From contig CBFGKH010000005.1 of the NCBI GenBank assembly GCA_965649295.1, positions 64,001-128,000 of the forward strand: a stretch of 64,000 nt of DNA, written 5' to 3'. Shown piece by piece: positions 45,435 to 53,841 of this stretch. The notes under the pieces were generated by a model, which was given only the letters and a program-made list of their open reading frames with translations, was not told the origin of the DNA and made no database searches. The position numbers and the translations under genes were made by a program. Numbering within the stretch: position 1 is the stretch's first letter; each line of letters begins with the position of its first letter. The stretch comes from a candidate division WOR-3 bacterium (GTDB taxonomy: Bacteria; Hydrothermota; Tepidihabitantia; Tepidihabitantales; Tepidihabitantaceae).

Positions 45435-46982
45435 CTAGGGAATGACGACTAGCTGCTGATTTACGCTTCGGATACCATCTGTCAGCCGGAGGGTATAGAC
45501 TCCGGCTGACAGGTTATCAAGCCGGAGTTGGACGCGGCTTGGGTGACCGCTATGGTATTGCCGGCTGAACAGCGAGCGGCCGAGGGCGTCGTAAACGGAG
45601 ATGTCCGCCTGCCGGTTTAGTCCTTCTACTATCACCTGAACGTTACCAGCACGAGAAGGATTTGGAGCAATGCTAGGAAGCGGCTGTCCTTTGCTGACTG
45701 TTGTCAAGGCGATACCGGTCTGGGGCAGGCGTGGCCGCAGGGTGCCGTCGCCGATACAAGTCATGCCAAAGAACCAGGCTTGTTCCCATGGTTCCCATTC
45801 ATAGAACATCCGCCAATACAGCCACTCCCGCAGGGCCGCTCCGATTGTCTTGCCGGCGTTCAGGAAGTAGTAGAAGTCGCCAAATTCGAGCATTGAGCCA
45901 GTCTTGGTGGAGCCAACCGCACCTAGACCAGTGGTCGTGCGCAGGACATAGGTGCCAGCGCAGAAGCCGGTTTCGACAAACCGAGCATTGGAGCAGGCAA
46001 AGAGGTTGTAGAAGCAGGCAACTGGATCGAGTATCGGTATCTCGTCAGCGTAGAACCAGTCCCAGTTACGGCCGCGGTTGAACTGCATCGCATGGCCGCC
46101 CGGCCAGGAGTGAGAGCAGAGTGAAATCCACTGCTGGGCCGTTGTATCAATTCGCCGTCGGTAGTCGAGGCAACGGGTTGTCTCCGGATCAACGATGAGG
46201 ATGCGATTGGCATAGAGGTAGCCGACGTCGGCACTCCAATCCCCAGCATACGGCGCCCAGTCGTCATCAACATAGACCAGTGCCTGCTCGGCAACCGGCA
46301 GTCGGCCTTGGCGATAGGCGTGATTGCGCTGGAAGTACTGCCGCAGGAGAAGAATGGGGTCACCGACAGCCGCAGCGGGCAGGCGGGAAACGGCCAGTTC
46401 GGGCAGGATGTTGCCAGAGTGAGTGTCGTAGATGCCATCAGTGCCCGGGACAAGGCTGTCGAGCGTATCAAGTCGGACGAGCGTGTCGAGCCACTCGCCG
46501 TCAATGTCCATGTAGAAGATGTCGGTTGGAAACTCCTCGTATTCCTCATCGGGTTCGCGGCTGCCGCTTGAGTTCCAGTCGTCAATCATCTGAAACCAGG
46601 CCACCGGCAGATTGCCAATCAGCACTGCTTCGCTAACGCCTGAGCCGTAACGTTCACGCAGGAAGAGTCGCAGTGACTCTGGTTGCGTTCCCGAGACCGC
46701 AAAGACTGAAGCGGCTGTGCTCTCGGCTGCCAGGTCGCTAACCAATGTGTCAATTTCCAGAGCAAGCTGGGACAGCAGCGAGTCCTCAACGAGTAGGTCG
46801 CAGCGTCGGTTAAAGGAAGTGTTCAGCAGAACCGGACGAACCTGCCACCGAATTGGGCCACCCATTCGTCGCCGCCATTCCTGAAAGCTCGTAGGGCGGG
46901 ATGAATCTGGGCTGTGCCAGCGTGTTACAGGGATGGCTGGCGGTTTGGCAAAGACCGTCAGTACGAGCAGGGCAACATACAT
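45435..46982 (-). CDS. C25 (gingipain-like) cysteine peptidase with T9SS type-A-like CTD
   Basis: LIGNLPV, FPTDIFYMDIDG.W, PELAVSRL, CSHS (His), FACS (Cys), IGDGTL; CTD PNP..YDALGR..AGVY. Confidence 0.72.
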   Translation of the reverse strand: MYVALLVLTVFAKPPAIPVTRWHSPDSSRPTSFQEWRRRMGGPIRWQVRPVLLNTSFNRRCDLLVEDSLLSQLALEIDTLVSDLAAESTAASVFAVSGTQPESLRLFLRERYGSGVSEAVLIGNLPVAWFQMIDDWNSSGSREPDEEYEEFPTDIFYMDIDGEWLDTLVRLDTLDSLVPGTDGIYDTHSGNILPELAVSRLPAAAVGDPILLLRQYFQRNHAYRQGRLPVAEQALVYVDDDWAPYAGDWSADVGYLYANRILIVDPETTRCLDYRRRIDTTAQQWISLCSHSWPGGHAMQFNRGRNWDWFYADEIPILDPVACFYNLFACSNARFVETGFCAGTYVLRTTTGLGAVGSTKTGSMLEFGDFYYFLNAGKTIGAALREWLYWRMFYEWEPWEQAWFFGMTCIGDGTLRPRLPQTGIALTTVSKGQPLPSIAPNPSRAGNVQVIVEGLNRQADISVYDALGRSLFSRQYHSGHPSRVQLRLDNLSAGVYTLRLTDGIRSVNQQLVVIP

Positions 46983-46985
46983 CGG

Positions 46986-47993
46986 TCAGCGAGTTTTAAT
47001 GATGAGCTGTCGCCTGCGGCCTTTATCGCCATCAAGTTCCAATATGTAGGCACCGGCCGGTAGTTCGGTCATTGCCAGTCGCTGCTCACCGCTGGCAAGC
47101 CGTCGCCGGACCCGGAGCCGACCCTGCGTGTCGAACACTCGAAGCTCGGCCGGAAAACAGTTGGGCGATGGCCTGAGGAGCAGGATGTCGGTGAAGATGC
47201 TAGACGCTAATGGCTCGGCGTCGGTGCAGCGACTGGAGGCTGGAGCCAGTTCGTTGACGGCCGTTGGTGAACCGAGGAGCTGGCCGACTTCGGTTATGAC
47301 AAAGTCCGCCAGACGAACCCAGACAACAAGTCGGGCATAGGCGGTCCCGGTTACGCTGGTGGAGTCCTTGACGCGCCAGACCGAGTCTTTGTACCACTCC
47401 CAGGCGCGGACGGTGGTACTCTCGCGCATCGGGATACCCTGATAGGTCATTGCTAGCGACTGGCGCATGGTTGAGCGAATGAGATAAACGCCGCGATAGA
47501 TGCCGGCAGGAACGGTCACCGTCGTTGTATCGAGAACTCTGACCGTATCGGCCCAGATCTTGAGGGTGTCAACGATTGAGTCCCCGTTGATGTCAACAAT
47601 GTAGTTACCGGCCAGGCCAGTACGCCACCAGTTGCCGATGACAAAGGGAACTCGATAGATGGCCGCGGTGCGGATGCTGTCACCAAGTTGCCAGCGGCCG
47701 TAAAGCAGACTGTCACCAGCCTCATAGGCGGTGTCGGTGGAGGTGAAGGAGGTATCGCCGTTGACAACACTTGAGAGTATCCATGCCGGATCACCGTTCA
47801 CTATCGTCTCGGCAATCACGGTGGTCGTATCAATGAAGTTGATTGTCTTCACCGAGTCGGCGGGAGTGGGCAGGTAGTAGTGAATCGAGTCGCGACGGGT
47901 GTGGGATGTCACTTCCGTCTTACCGACCCAATAACCAAGATAGCTGCCGACCGGTCCACTGATCATCACTAACAATAGCAAAGTGGAGCTCAT
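46986..47993 (-). CDS. exported hypothetical protein with T9SS-like CTD
   Basis: short hydrophobic N-terminus, VTVPAG motif, FDTQGR..LPAGAYIL..QLIIK. Confidence 0.7.
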   Translation of the reverse strand: MSSTLLLLVMISGPVGSYLGYWVGKTEVTSHTRRDSIHYYLPTPADSVKTINFIDTTTVIAETIVNGDPAWILSSVVNGDTSFTSTDTAYEAGDSLLYGRWQLGDSIRTAAIYRVPFVIGNWWRTGLAGNYIVDINGDSIVDTLKIWADTVRVLDTTTVTVPAGIYRGVYLIRSTMRQSLAMTYQGIPMRESTTVRAWEWYKDSVWRVKDSTSVTGTAYARLVVWVRLADFVITEVGQLLGSPTAVNELAPASSRCTDAEPLASSIFTDILLLRPSPNCFPAELRVFDTQGRLRVRRRLASGEQRLAMTELPAGAYILELDGDKGRRRQLIIKTR

Positions 47994-48005
47994 ATTCTTG
48001 TTGGG

Positions 48006-49103
48006 TTAGCTACTGGTTTTTGGCCCCTGAGTGTCGGTTAGCGCTGGCGCTGGTTCGACCGTCAGGGACAGTTTCTCTTCTAACCGGGCAAGTTGTTTAG
48101 CTGCTGAATCGTAACGGTTGTGGGCATTTACAAGATGAGTGCCGACTACCTCGAAGTCATCACGAAACCGTTTGAACTCTTGCTGCAGCCGGCCGAAGTG
48201 ATTCATTATTTCCTGGGCCTGGCGCTCAATCTGTAAGCCGCGCAGGCCAAAGACGATGGCCTGTAAGTAAGCGTAGATGCTGTTTGGTGAGACGGGGATT
48301 ACCCGGCGGGAGATGGCGTAGCCGGCTAGACTCTCTTCTTCGCCTTCTTCGCGAATGATGGTCTCGTAGTAAACGTTCTCGGCCGGGATGTACATCAGGG
48401 CAAAGTCGTAGGTGCCTTCGTCCGGCAGGATGTACTTGCGGCTGATAGCGTCAATGTGTTTCTGGACATCAGCGAGGAAGCGCTTGCGCAAGGAGCGGCG
48501 CTCAGCATCGCTGGCCGCGTTCAGCTTCTGAAAGTTCTCCAGTGGAAACTTGGCATCAATTGGTACAAGCTTCGGCCCCAGCCGAACAACCGCGTCAACT
48601 ATCTCTCCGGAGCGAAAACGGTGTTGCAGTTCGTAGTTGTTGGGCACGACCTGGCGGAGTAGGTCGCCGAGGAACAGCTCGCCGACAACGCCACGTAACT
48701 TGGGAGCACGCAAAATCTGCTGCAGCGACGAAATGTCCTTGCCGATGTCGTAGATTTGCTGGCTTGCTTTGGCCAGCTCGCCCATCGTTGCTGAGACTTC
48801 GCGAATGACCTTGACCGCGTTGTCAAGCCGAGTATTCACCTGGCCGGTTGTGTCGAGCATCGTTCGGTCCATTGCTTGGAGCCGCTGATTCAGTTGATAG
48901 GTCAGGTCGGCAATACGTTGGTCGTAGATTTTGGCGTTGTTGACCAGCGCGTCGGCAGTATCCCGACGCAATGAGACAAGCTGGTCCTGAATTAGGCTGA
49001 GCCCGGTATCGTCGCGTGACCGCGCCAACCGTTGGTTGACAGTCCAGACAAGATAGAGCGTGACGCCGGCAATCAGGCCGACAAGTATGACTAGTGCAAC
49101 CAT
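48006..49103 (-). CDS. rmuC: DNA recombination protein RmuC
   Basis: N-terminal TM and coiled coil, PKLRG..GE, VPIDAKFPLENF, KYILPDEGTYDFALMYIPAE, VSP. Confidence 0.92.
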   Translation of the reverse strand: MVALVILVGLIAGVTLYLVWTVNQRLARSRDDTGLSLIQDQLVSLRRDTADALVNNAKIYDQRIADLTYQLNQRLQAMDRTMLDTTGQVNTRLDNAVKVIREVSATMGELAKASQQIYDIGKDISSLQQILRAPKLRGVVGELFLGDLLRQVVPNNYELQHRFRSGEIVDAVVRLGPKLVPIDAKFPLENFQKLNAASDAERRSLRKRFLADVQKHIDAISRKYILPDEGTYDFALMYIPAENVYYETIIREEGEEESLAGYAISRRVIPVSPNSIYAYLQAIVFGLRGLQIERQAQEIMNHFGRLQQEFKRFRDDFEVVGTHLVNAHNRYDSAAKQLARLEEKLSLTVEPAPALTDTQGPKTSS

Positions 49104-49110
49104 GGAATCC

Positions 49111-49138
49111 AGCATAGGCGAACGATTGGACTGGTCAA
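49111..49138 (-). promoter_or_regulatory. promoter, likely leaderless, of rmuC
   Basis: minus strand TTGACC, 16 nt, TATGCT, 7 nt, ATG 49103. Confidence 0.65.
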
Positions 49139-49152
49139 ATCTGACCAAGTGA

Positions 49153-49180
49153 TTGACAGCGAGATGACCGACGTTACCCT
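49153..49180 (+). promoter_or_regulatory. putative promoter of PKD lipoprotein genes
   Basis: TTGACA, 16 nt, TACCCT. Confidence 0.5.
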
Positions 49181-49186
49181 TGAACT

Positions 49187-50596
49187 ATCAGCAAGAACTG
49201 GAGTCGCCATTCTATCCTACTGGCCGCAGCCATGGTTGGGTTATTGCTTGCCTGTCAGGGTTCGCCACCGCGGACGCCGGTTGTTGGCGGCAGCACTAGT
49301 GTCCAGCCGTCGGAGACGGCAAATCTCTGGGCTGTTACCATTGGTTGTAATCGAGTAAATGTGAGCTATGGATTTGATTTTGGCGACGGCAGCGAGCGGC
49401 TCTGGACAACCGAACTGGCTGTTGGCGATACGTTCTACCAGTCACATGTCTATTCTGAGCCCGGTCTCTGTACAGTTCGTGTTCGAGCGCGGGACGAGAC
49501 CGGCCGCGAGTCGCGGGACGCGCGTCACACGGTGCTGGTTGCCTTTCGGGGGCCGATGACGCCGAGTGCGCCAGTTGGGCCAAGTCAGGTTGAGCGAGGG
49601 AGCACCGTCAGTTTTATGACCGCGGCTGGTCATGTCCGGGGCGAGAGTGTCAGCATTGGATTCGATTGGGACGGCGTGCTGTCGGACTGGTCTGGCTTTG
49701 TTCTGGCGGGAACACCAGTCAGTATGAACGGTTGTTTTGAGAGGCTGGGCAGATATCGTGTTCGCGCTCGGGCCCGAGATAGGCAAGGCAACATCAGCCC
49801 CTGGTCGTCGGCGACCTTGGTTACCGTCAATCCACGGCCAGTGGCTGCTCCGACCGGGCTTGTGTTGCGCGCTGTTGGCGGCATCGCGGTCCGGCTACGT
49901 TGGGTGCCGGGAGAGAATGATGACTCGGTCGTTCATGTTGTCCTCTTTCGGCCGGTTGATAGCTCCAGTTTCGTTGTCGCTGGCACGAGCACGGGAAGCT
50001 CTTTCCTGCACGAGCCGGACGGCGCTACCGGCGATTACACCGTTGCTGCTTACCGGGCCGGTGATACCGCCTTTGCAGCGGAAACAGTTTCAACCCGCCC
50101 AGTGGCAACCCCGCTGTTCTGGATTGGCGACCTCAATAGCGATACGCTCTCTGGCTTTGGTTGGGAACGGCAGACCGGTCTTGGTTGGCGCTGGGATATG
50201 CACGTTGGTGCGAACGCTGACCATGTTGACTGGTATTTTACCGACTTTGCACCAGGTCGGTCAGGACCGTACTACTATGTCGCAAGTCCTGAGGTTGGAA
50301 CTGCTGACCCTGGTGGTGGTGTTCCAGCCGGTAGCTGGCGAGCGACTCGCCTGACATGGGTTGCAGACCCGCGGTGGCCATTGCCGCCCTATGACTCGCT
50401 CCAGTACCAGACTGCCGTCGGGGTAAGCGGTAGCCCGGTTTACATCGGAGTGCATACCATTGACGGGCATTACGCCCTGATTAGTGTGTTTCGACCGGAT
50501 ACCGCTCTTGGCGTAACGTCAGCAGCAGCTTGGTTCCAGCGGATTCCCGGTCTAAGGTTGTTGTGGCATGGGGGTACGGTCGGTGCTGCGCGTTGA
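49187..50596 (+). CDS. PKD/FN3-domain lipoprotein; start uncertain (ATC 49187 or ATG 49232)
   Basis: LLLAC lipobox; FDFGDG..HVYSEPG..VRVRARD and FDWDG..SDWS..VRARARD PKD-like repeats; APTGL FN3-like module. Confidence 0.75.
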   Translation: MSKNWSRHSILLAAAMVGLLLACQGSPPRTPVVGGSTSVQPSETANLWAVTIGCNRVNVSYGFDFGDGSERLWTTELAVGDTFYQSHVYSEPGLCTVRVRARDETGRESRDARHTVLVAFRGPMTPSAPVGPSQVERGSTVSFMTAAGHVRGESVSIGFDWDGVLSDWSGFVLAGTPVSMNGCFERLGRYRVRARARDRQGNISPWSSATLVTVNPRPVAAPTGLVLRAVGGIAVRLRWVPGENDDSVVHVVLFRPVDSSSFVVAGTSTGSSFLHEPDGATGDYTVAAYRAGDTAFAAETVSTRPVATPLFWIGDLNSDTLSGFGWERQTGLGWRWDMHVGANADHVDWYFTDFAPGRSGPYYYVASPEVGTADPGGGVPAGSWRATRLTWVADPRWPLPPYDSLQYQTAVGVSGSPVYIGVHTIDGHYALISVFRPDTALGVTSAAAWFQRIPGLRLLWHGGTVGAAR

Positions 50597-50609
50597 TGGC
50601 GGATTGGTG

Positions 50610-51023
50610 ATGCGAGCGCTTGCCGTGTTTCTATTCCTGTTGCTCGGTGCTGCTGGTTGCCAATCGGGACCGATTGCGGCTAACCGACCGCCAGCTCGAC
50701 CGGTCATTTCTGACCCCACTGAAGTTCAGTGTGGAACAAACAGCGAGTTTGCTGTGACCGTCTTTGACCCTGACGGCGACCTGCTACGAGTCTATGTGAC
50801 TTGGGGTGACGGTGATACAACTGACTACGGCGCTTTTGTAAGTTCCAATGCGACAGTGTTGTTTCAACACAGTTACGTCGCGCCCGGAACGTTTGCCGTC
50901 CGCGCCCGCTGCCACGACCTCCAGCCGCTGTTCTCTGACTGGAGTGCACCGTTACTGGTTGTTGCGGCTGACGGCCCGTCGTTGCCTAGTGCTGTTCAGC
51001 CGCAGCCGTGTCCAGAGCGTTGA
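50610..51023 (+). CDS. small PKD-domain lipoprotein
   Basis: AAGC lipobox, NRPP..P, DPDGD, WGDG, HSYVAPG, SDWS. Confidence 0.75.
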   Translation: MRALAVFLFLLLGAAGCQSGPIAANRPPARPVISDPTEVQCGTNSEFAVTVFDPDGDLLRVYVTWGDGDTTDYGAFVSSNATVLFQHSYVAPGTFAVRARCHDLQPLFSDWSAPLLVVAADGPSLPSAVQPQPCPER

Positions 51024-51831
51024 GCAGAGGGTTGAAGAAGGTGTAGGCCTCGGTTCCTGACTGACAGTTGTTGAGAATGAAGCTGAAGGCGTATTCTTCG
51101 GCTTTGGTCGAAAGATAGCCGGTGAGCGAGAAGACGCCACGGATGAAGCCGGTCTTGGCAGCGACGCGGTCGCCGACGTCGAGTTGGCGATTGATGAGTG
51201 TGCCCGGACGTTGAGGAACAGCCAATGTGGAACGGAACAGCTCGCCATTGGGCGAATTGTGGAGGCGGCTGAGCAGCATTGCGAACGTCAGTGGCGATAC
51301 TCGGTTGCGGTGGCTTAGGCCGGCAGCGTCCCAGACACGGAGCCCAACGCGGGGGATACCTTTCCGATCGAGGTATTTGGCAATCAGTCGGTGCCCGTCG
51401 CAGCTGCGTTGTCGTGCGAGTAGCTCCAGCATCCACTCGGCGATGCGATTTGCGCTCTCGCGATTAGCCAGTACCAGGTGCTGGTAGCCGGCAAAGTCGG
51501 GCCGACTGTCCAGACCGAGCGAGTCGGCCAGAGGCCGATTGACGCGGTGCAGATGACTCTGCAGCGGGGTCTTACTTAGCCGACGATCAAGCGAGCAGAC
51601 AAGCGCCGGGCTCCAGTTGTCGAGGGCACAGGCGGTGACAAGCAGCTTGATTCCTGATGCTGGAATCAAGGGACGGCTGGCATTGTGAGCAAAAAACAGC
51701 GATTCGTCTGAACAGGAGACGATGGCAATGCCAATCTGCCAGTGGGGATTGGCTGAGTCAATTACTGGCGTAAATGCGGTGGACAGGTCAGTAGCGGTAG
51801 CACACAGAATAGCAATCGCGAGCAGACTCAC
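50986..51831 (-). CDS. dacB: D-Ala-D-Ala carboxypeptidase/endopeptidase (S13, PBP4-like), compact form
   Basis: PASGIK (SxxK), SAN (SxN), D.AGLS..N, AKTG. Confidence 0.82.
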   Translation of the reverse strand: MSLLAIAILCATATDLSTAFTPVIDSANPHWQIGIAIVSCSDESLFFAHNASRPLIPASGIKLLVTACALDNWSPALVCSLDRRLSKTPLQSHLHRVNRPLADSLGLDSRPDFAGYQHLVLANRESANRIAEWMLELLARQRSCDGHRLIAKYLDRKGIPRVGLRVWDAAGLSHRNRVSPLTFAMLLSRLHNSPNGELFRSTLAVPQRPGTLINRQLDVGDRVAAKTGFIRGVFSLTGYLSTKAEEYAFSFILNNCQSGTEAYTFFNPLLNALDTAAAEQH

Positions 51832-51832
51832 T

Positions 51833-52783
51833 CTAGACGCCAGCGAAACGAGCGGCGAGATACTCGTGAGCCATCATCGCCGCAAGAGCACCATCGCCGA
51901 CCGCGGTAGCAATCTGGCGCAGGCGCGTGGCGCGGACATCGCCAGCAGCGAAAACACCGGGCAGACTGGTCTGGAGACGGTCGTCAGTGACGATTGCGCC
52001 GGTGGCGTCGAGCGTTAGCAGTTCCTGACACCAGGCAGTGTTGGGAAGCCAGCCAACGTAGATGAAAGCGCCGCTGACGGGCAGAGTTTCAGCTTGCCCG
52101 CTCGGAAGATGGCGGAGAATGACAGCCTCGAGCTTATCCGTACCGCTGAATTCCTGAACCACCCGGGACAAGTGGAAGGTCACATTCGGCCGCTGTCGCA
52201 GTCGCTGCACGGCAAAGCTGCTGCCGCGAAATGCCTCACGGCGGTGAACGAGATGGACGTGGCGAACGATATTGCTGAGATAGTAGGCTTCATCTAGCGC
52301 CGAATCGCCACCGCCGATGACCGCCACTTCCTTATCGCGAAAGAAAGGGCCGTCGCAGACAGCACAGTAGGAAACGCCTCGGCCGGTGAGTTCCTTTTCG
52401 CCGGGGACACTCAGGTTGCGAGGACGAGCGCCGGTACAGACAATCACTGCTCGGGCGACAATGTTGCCATCGGTTGTGCTAACCTGAAAGCCCTCGCCGG
52501 CTGGTGTCAGGGCAGTAATCTCGCTCGTGACCAGGCGGCAGCCAAAACGGGTGGCCTGGCTTTCCATCGCCTGAGCCAGTTCCATTCCGCTGACCTCATT
52601 AGCGAAACCTGGGTAGTTCTCGACGTGGGCAGTCATGGCCATCTGACCGCCGACCAGACCCCGTTCGAGGATCAGGGTGTTGTGGCCGGCTCGAGCAGAG
52701 TATATGCCAGCACTCAAGCCGGCTGGCCCAGCTCCGACTATTAGTATCTCGCAGTCAGGTTTGGTTGTCAGCTCAGCCGTCAT
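51833..52783 (-). CDS. trxB: thioredoxin-disulfide reductase
   Basis: GAGPAGL, VENYPGF, GRGVSYCAVCDG, GGGDSA, HRR, GVFAAGD. Confidence 0.95.
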   Translation of the reverse strand: MTAELTTKPDCEILIVGAGPAGLSAGIYSARAGHNTLILERGLVGGQMAMTAHVENYPGFANEVSGMELAQAMESQATRFGCRLVTSEITALTPAGEGFQVSTTDGNIVARAVIVCTGARPRNLSVPGEKELTGRGVSYCAVCDGPFFRDKEVAVIGGGDSALDEAYYLSNIVRHVHLVHRREAFRGSSFAVQRLRQRPNVTFHLSRVVQEFSGTDKLEAVILRHLPSGQAETLPVSGAFIYVGWLPNTAWCQELLTLDATGAIVTDDRLQTSLPGVFAAGDVRATRLRQIATAVGDGALAAMMAHEYLAARFAGV

Positions 52784-52791
52784 AGGTACGA

Positions 52792-53727
52792 CTAGAATTG
52801 ACGGCGGCCAGCCAGAAGACGAGCAAGCAACGCTCGCTGAGCATGGAGCCGATTCTCAGCTTGTTCGAGAACCAATGCCTGCGGCCCGTCCAGGACTTCT
52901 GAGGTAATCTCTTCTCCACGATGGGCCGGCAGGCAGTGCAGGACGCGAGCATCGGGCTTGGCATGGCGCAGGAGTTCACTGTTCAGCTGATAGGGCCGGA
53001 ATATCTGGCGGCGCTGTTCAGCTTCGTTCTCTTGGCCCATTGATGCCCAGACATCGGTGTATAGATAGTCGGCGGCGTCGGCGGCGGCCTTGGGATCGTA
53101 GGTGAGCAGCAGTTGTGAACCGCTGGCCCGAGCCAGTTCAGTTGCCCGGGTGGTGACCGCTACCGGTGGCTCAAACCCACGCGGGGTTGCTACTCGCAGA
53201 TTGACTCCGCAGAGTCCGCAAGCCAGCATCAATGAGTTACAGACGTTGTTGCCGTCACCGGTCCAGCAGATTGTGACACCCTCAAGACGGCCGCTGTGTT
53301 CGTAAACAGTCAGGAGGTCGGCGAGGATTTGACAGGGATGCTCGTGGTCGGACAGGGCGTTGATTACCGGCACAGTGGCGTGCTCGACGAGCTGCACAAT
53401 CTTGGTGTGTTCGAAGACACGAGCAATGATGCAGTCAACCCAGCGCGAGAGGTTGGCAGCAATGTCAGGGACTGATTCCCGTGTTCCCATGCCAACTTCC
53501 TGAGGCCCGAGATAGATGGCCGAGCCACCGAGGTCGCGCATTGCCTTCTCAAAAGTCACGCGGGTACGCAGCGATGGCTTCTCGAACAGCAGCACTGCCA
53601 TCATGCCTTGGGCGATATCGAATCGCGGCCGTGACTTCAGTTCAGCCTTGAGTCGCTGGGCCTGGGTAATGATTTCAAGTATTTCACGACGATCAAGGTC
53701 GGTGATTGTTGCCAAGCTGTTGGTCAT
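52792..53727 (-). CDS. argF: ornithine carbamoyltransferase
   Basis: FEKPSLRTR, HPCQILAD, GDGNNV, DVWASMG, HCLP, QAENRLH. Confidence 0.93.
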   Translation of the reverse strand: MTNSLATITDLDRREILEIITQAQRLKAELKSRPRFDIAQGMMAVLLFEKPSLRTRVTFEKAMRDLGGSAIYLGPQEVGMGTRESVPDIAANLSRWVDCIIARVFEHTKIVQLVEHATVPVINALSDHEHPCQILADLLTVYEHSGRLEGVTICWTGDGNNVCNSLMLACGLCGVNLRVATPRGFEPPVAVTTRATELARASGSQLLLTYDPKAAADAADYLYTDVWASMGQENEAEQRRQIFRPYQLNSELLRHAKPDARVLHCLPAHRGEEITSEVLDGPQALVLEQAENRLHAQRALLARLLAGRRQF

Positions 53728-53758
53728 GATTTTTGTTCTCCGTTGTTTGCACTGCCGG

Positions 53759-53786
53759 AATATAGTAGCCGTCGCTCGGAAGTCAA
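53759..53786 (-). promoter_or_regulatory. promoter of argF-trxB-dacB
   Basis: minus strand TTGACT, 16 nt, TATATT; leader carries GGAG SD. Confidence 0.6.
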
Positions 53787-53807
53787 GGTTTGAGCATAGC
53801 CCGGTGC

Positions 53808-53835
53808 TTGCACTGTTAGCACCAAGCGCTAGAAT
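53808..53835 (+). promoter_or_regulatory. promoter, likely leaderless, of nucleotidase-ComEA fusion
   Basis: TTGCAC, 16 nt, gcTAGAAT, 6 nt, GTG 53842. Confidence 0.6.
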
Positions 53836-53841
53836 TGGGCA

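Noticed and set aside
51833..52783. Selenoprotein candidate (TrxB), given selC in the window
   Set aside because: The redox motif is CAVC and the gene ends in TAG. I noticed no gene in the window split by an in-frame TGA with a plausible continuation.
52792..53727. N-succinyl/N-acetylornithine transcarbamylase suggested by SLRT instead of STRT
   Set aside because: The DxxxSMG ornithine-binding loop and HCLP are intact, which fits an ordinary OTC.
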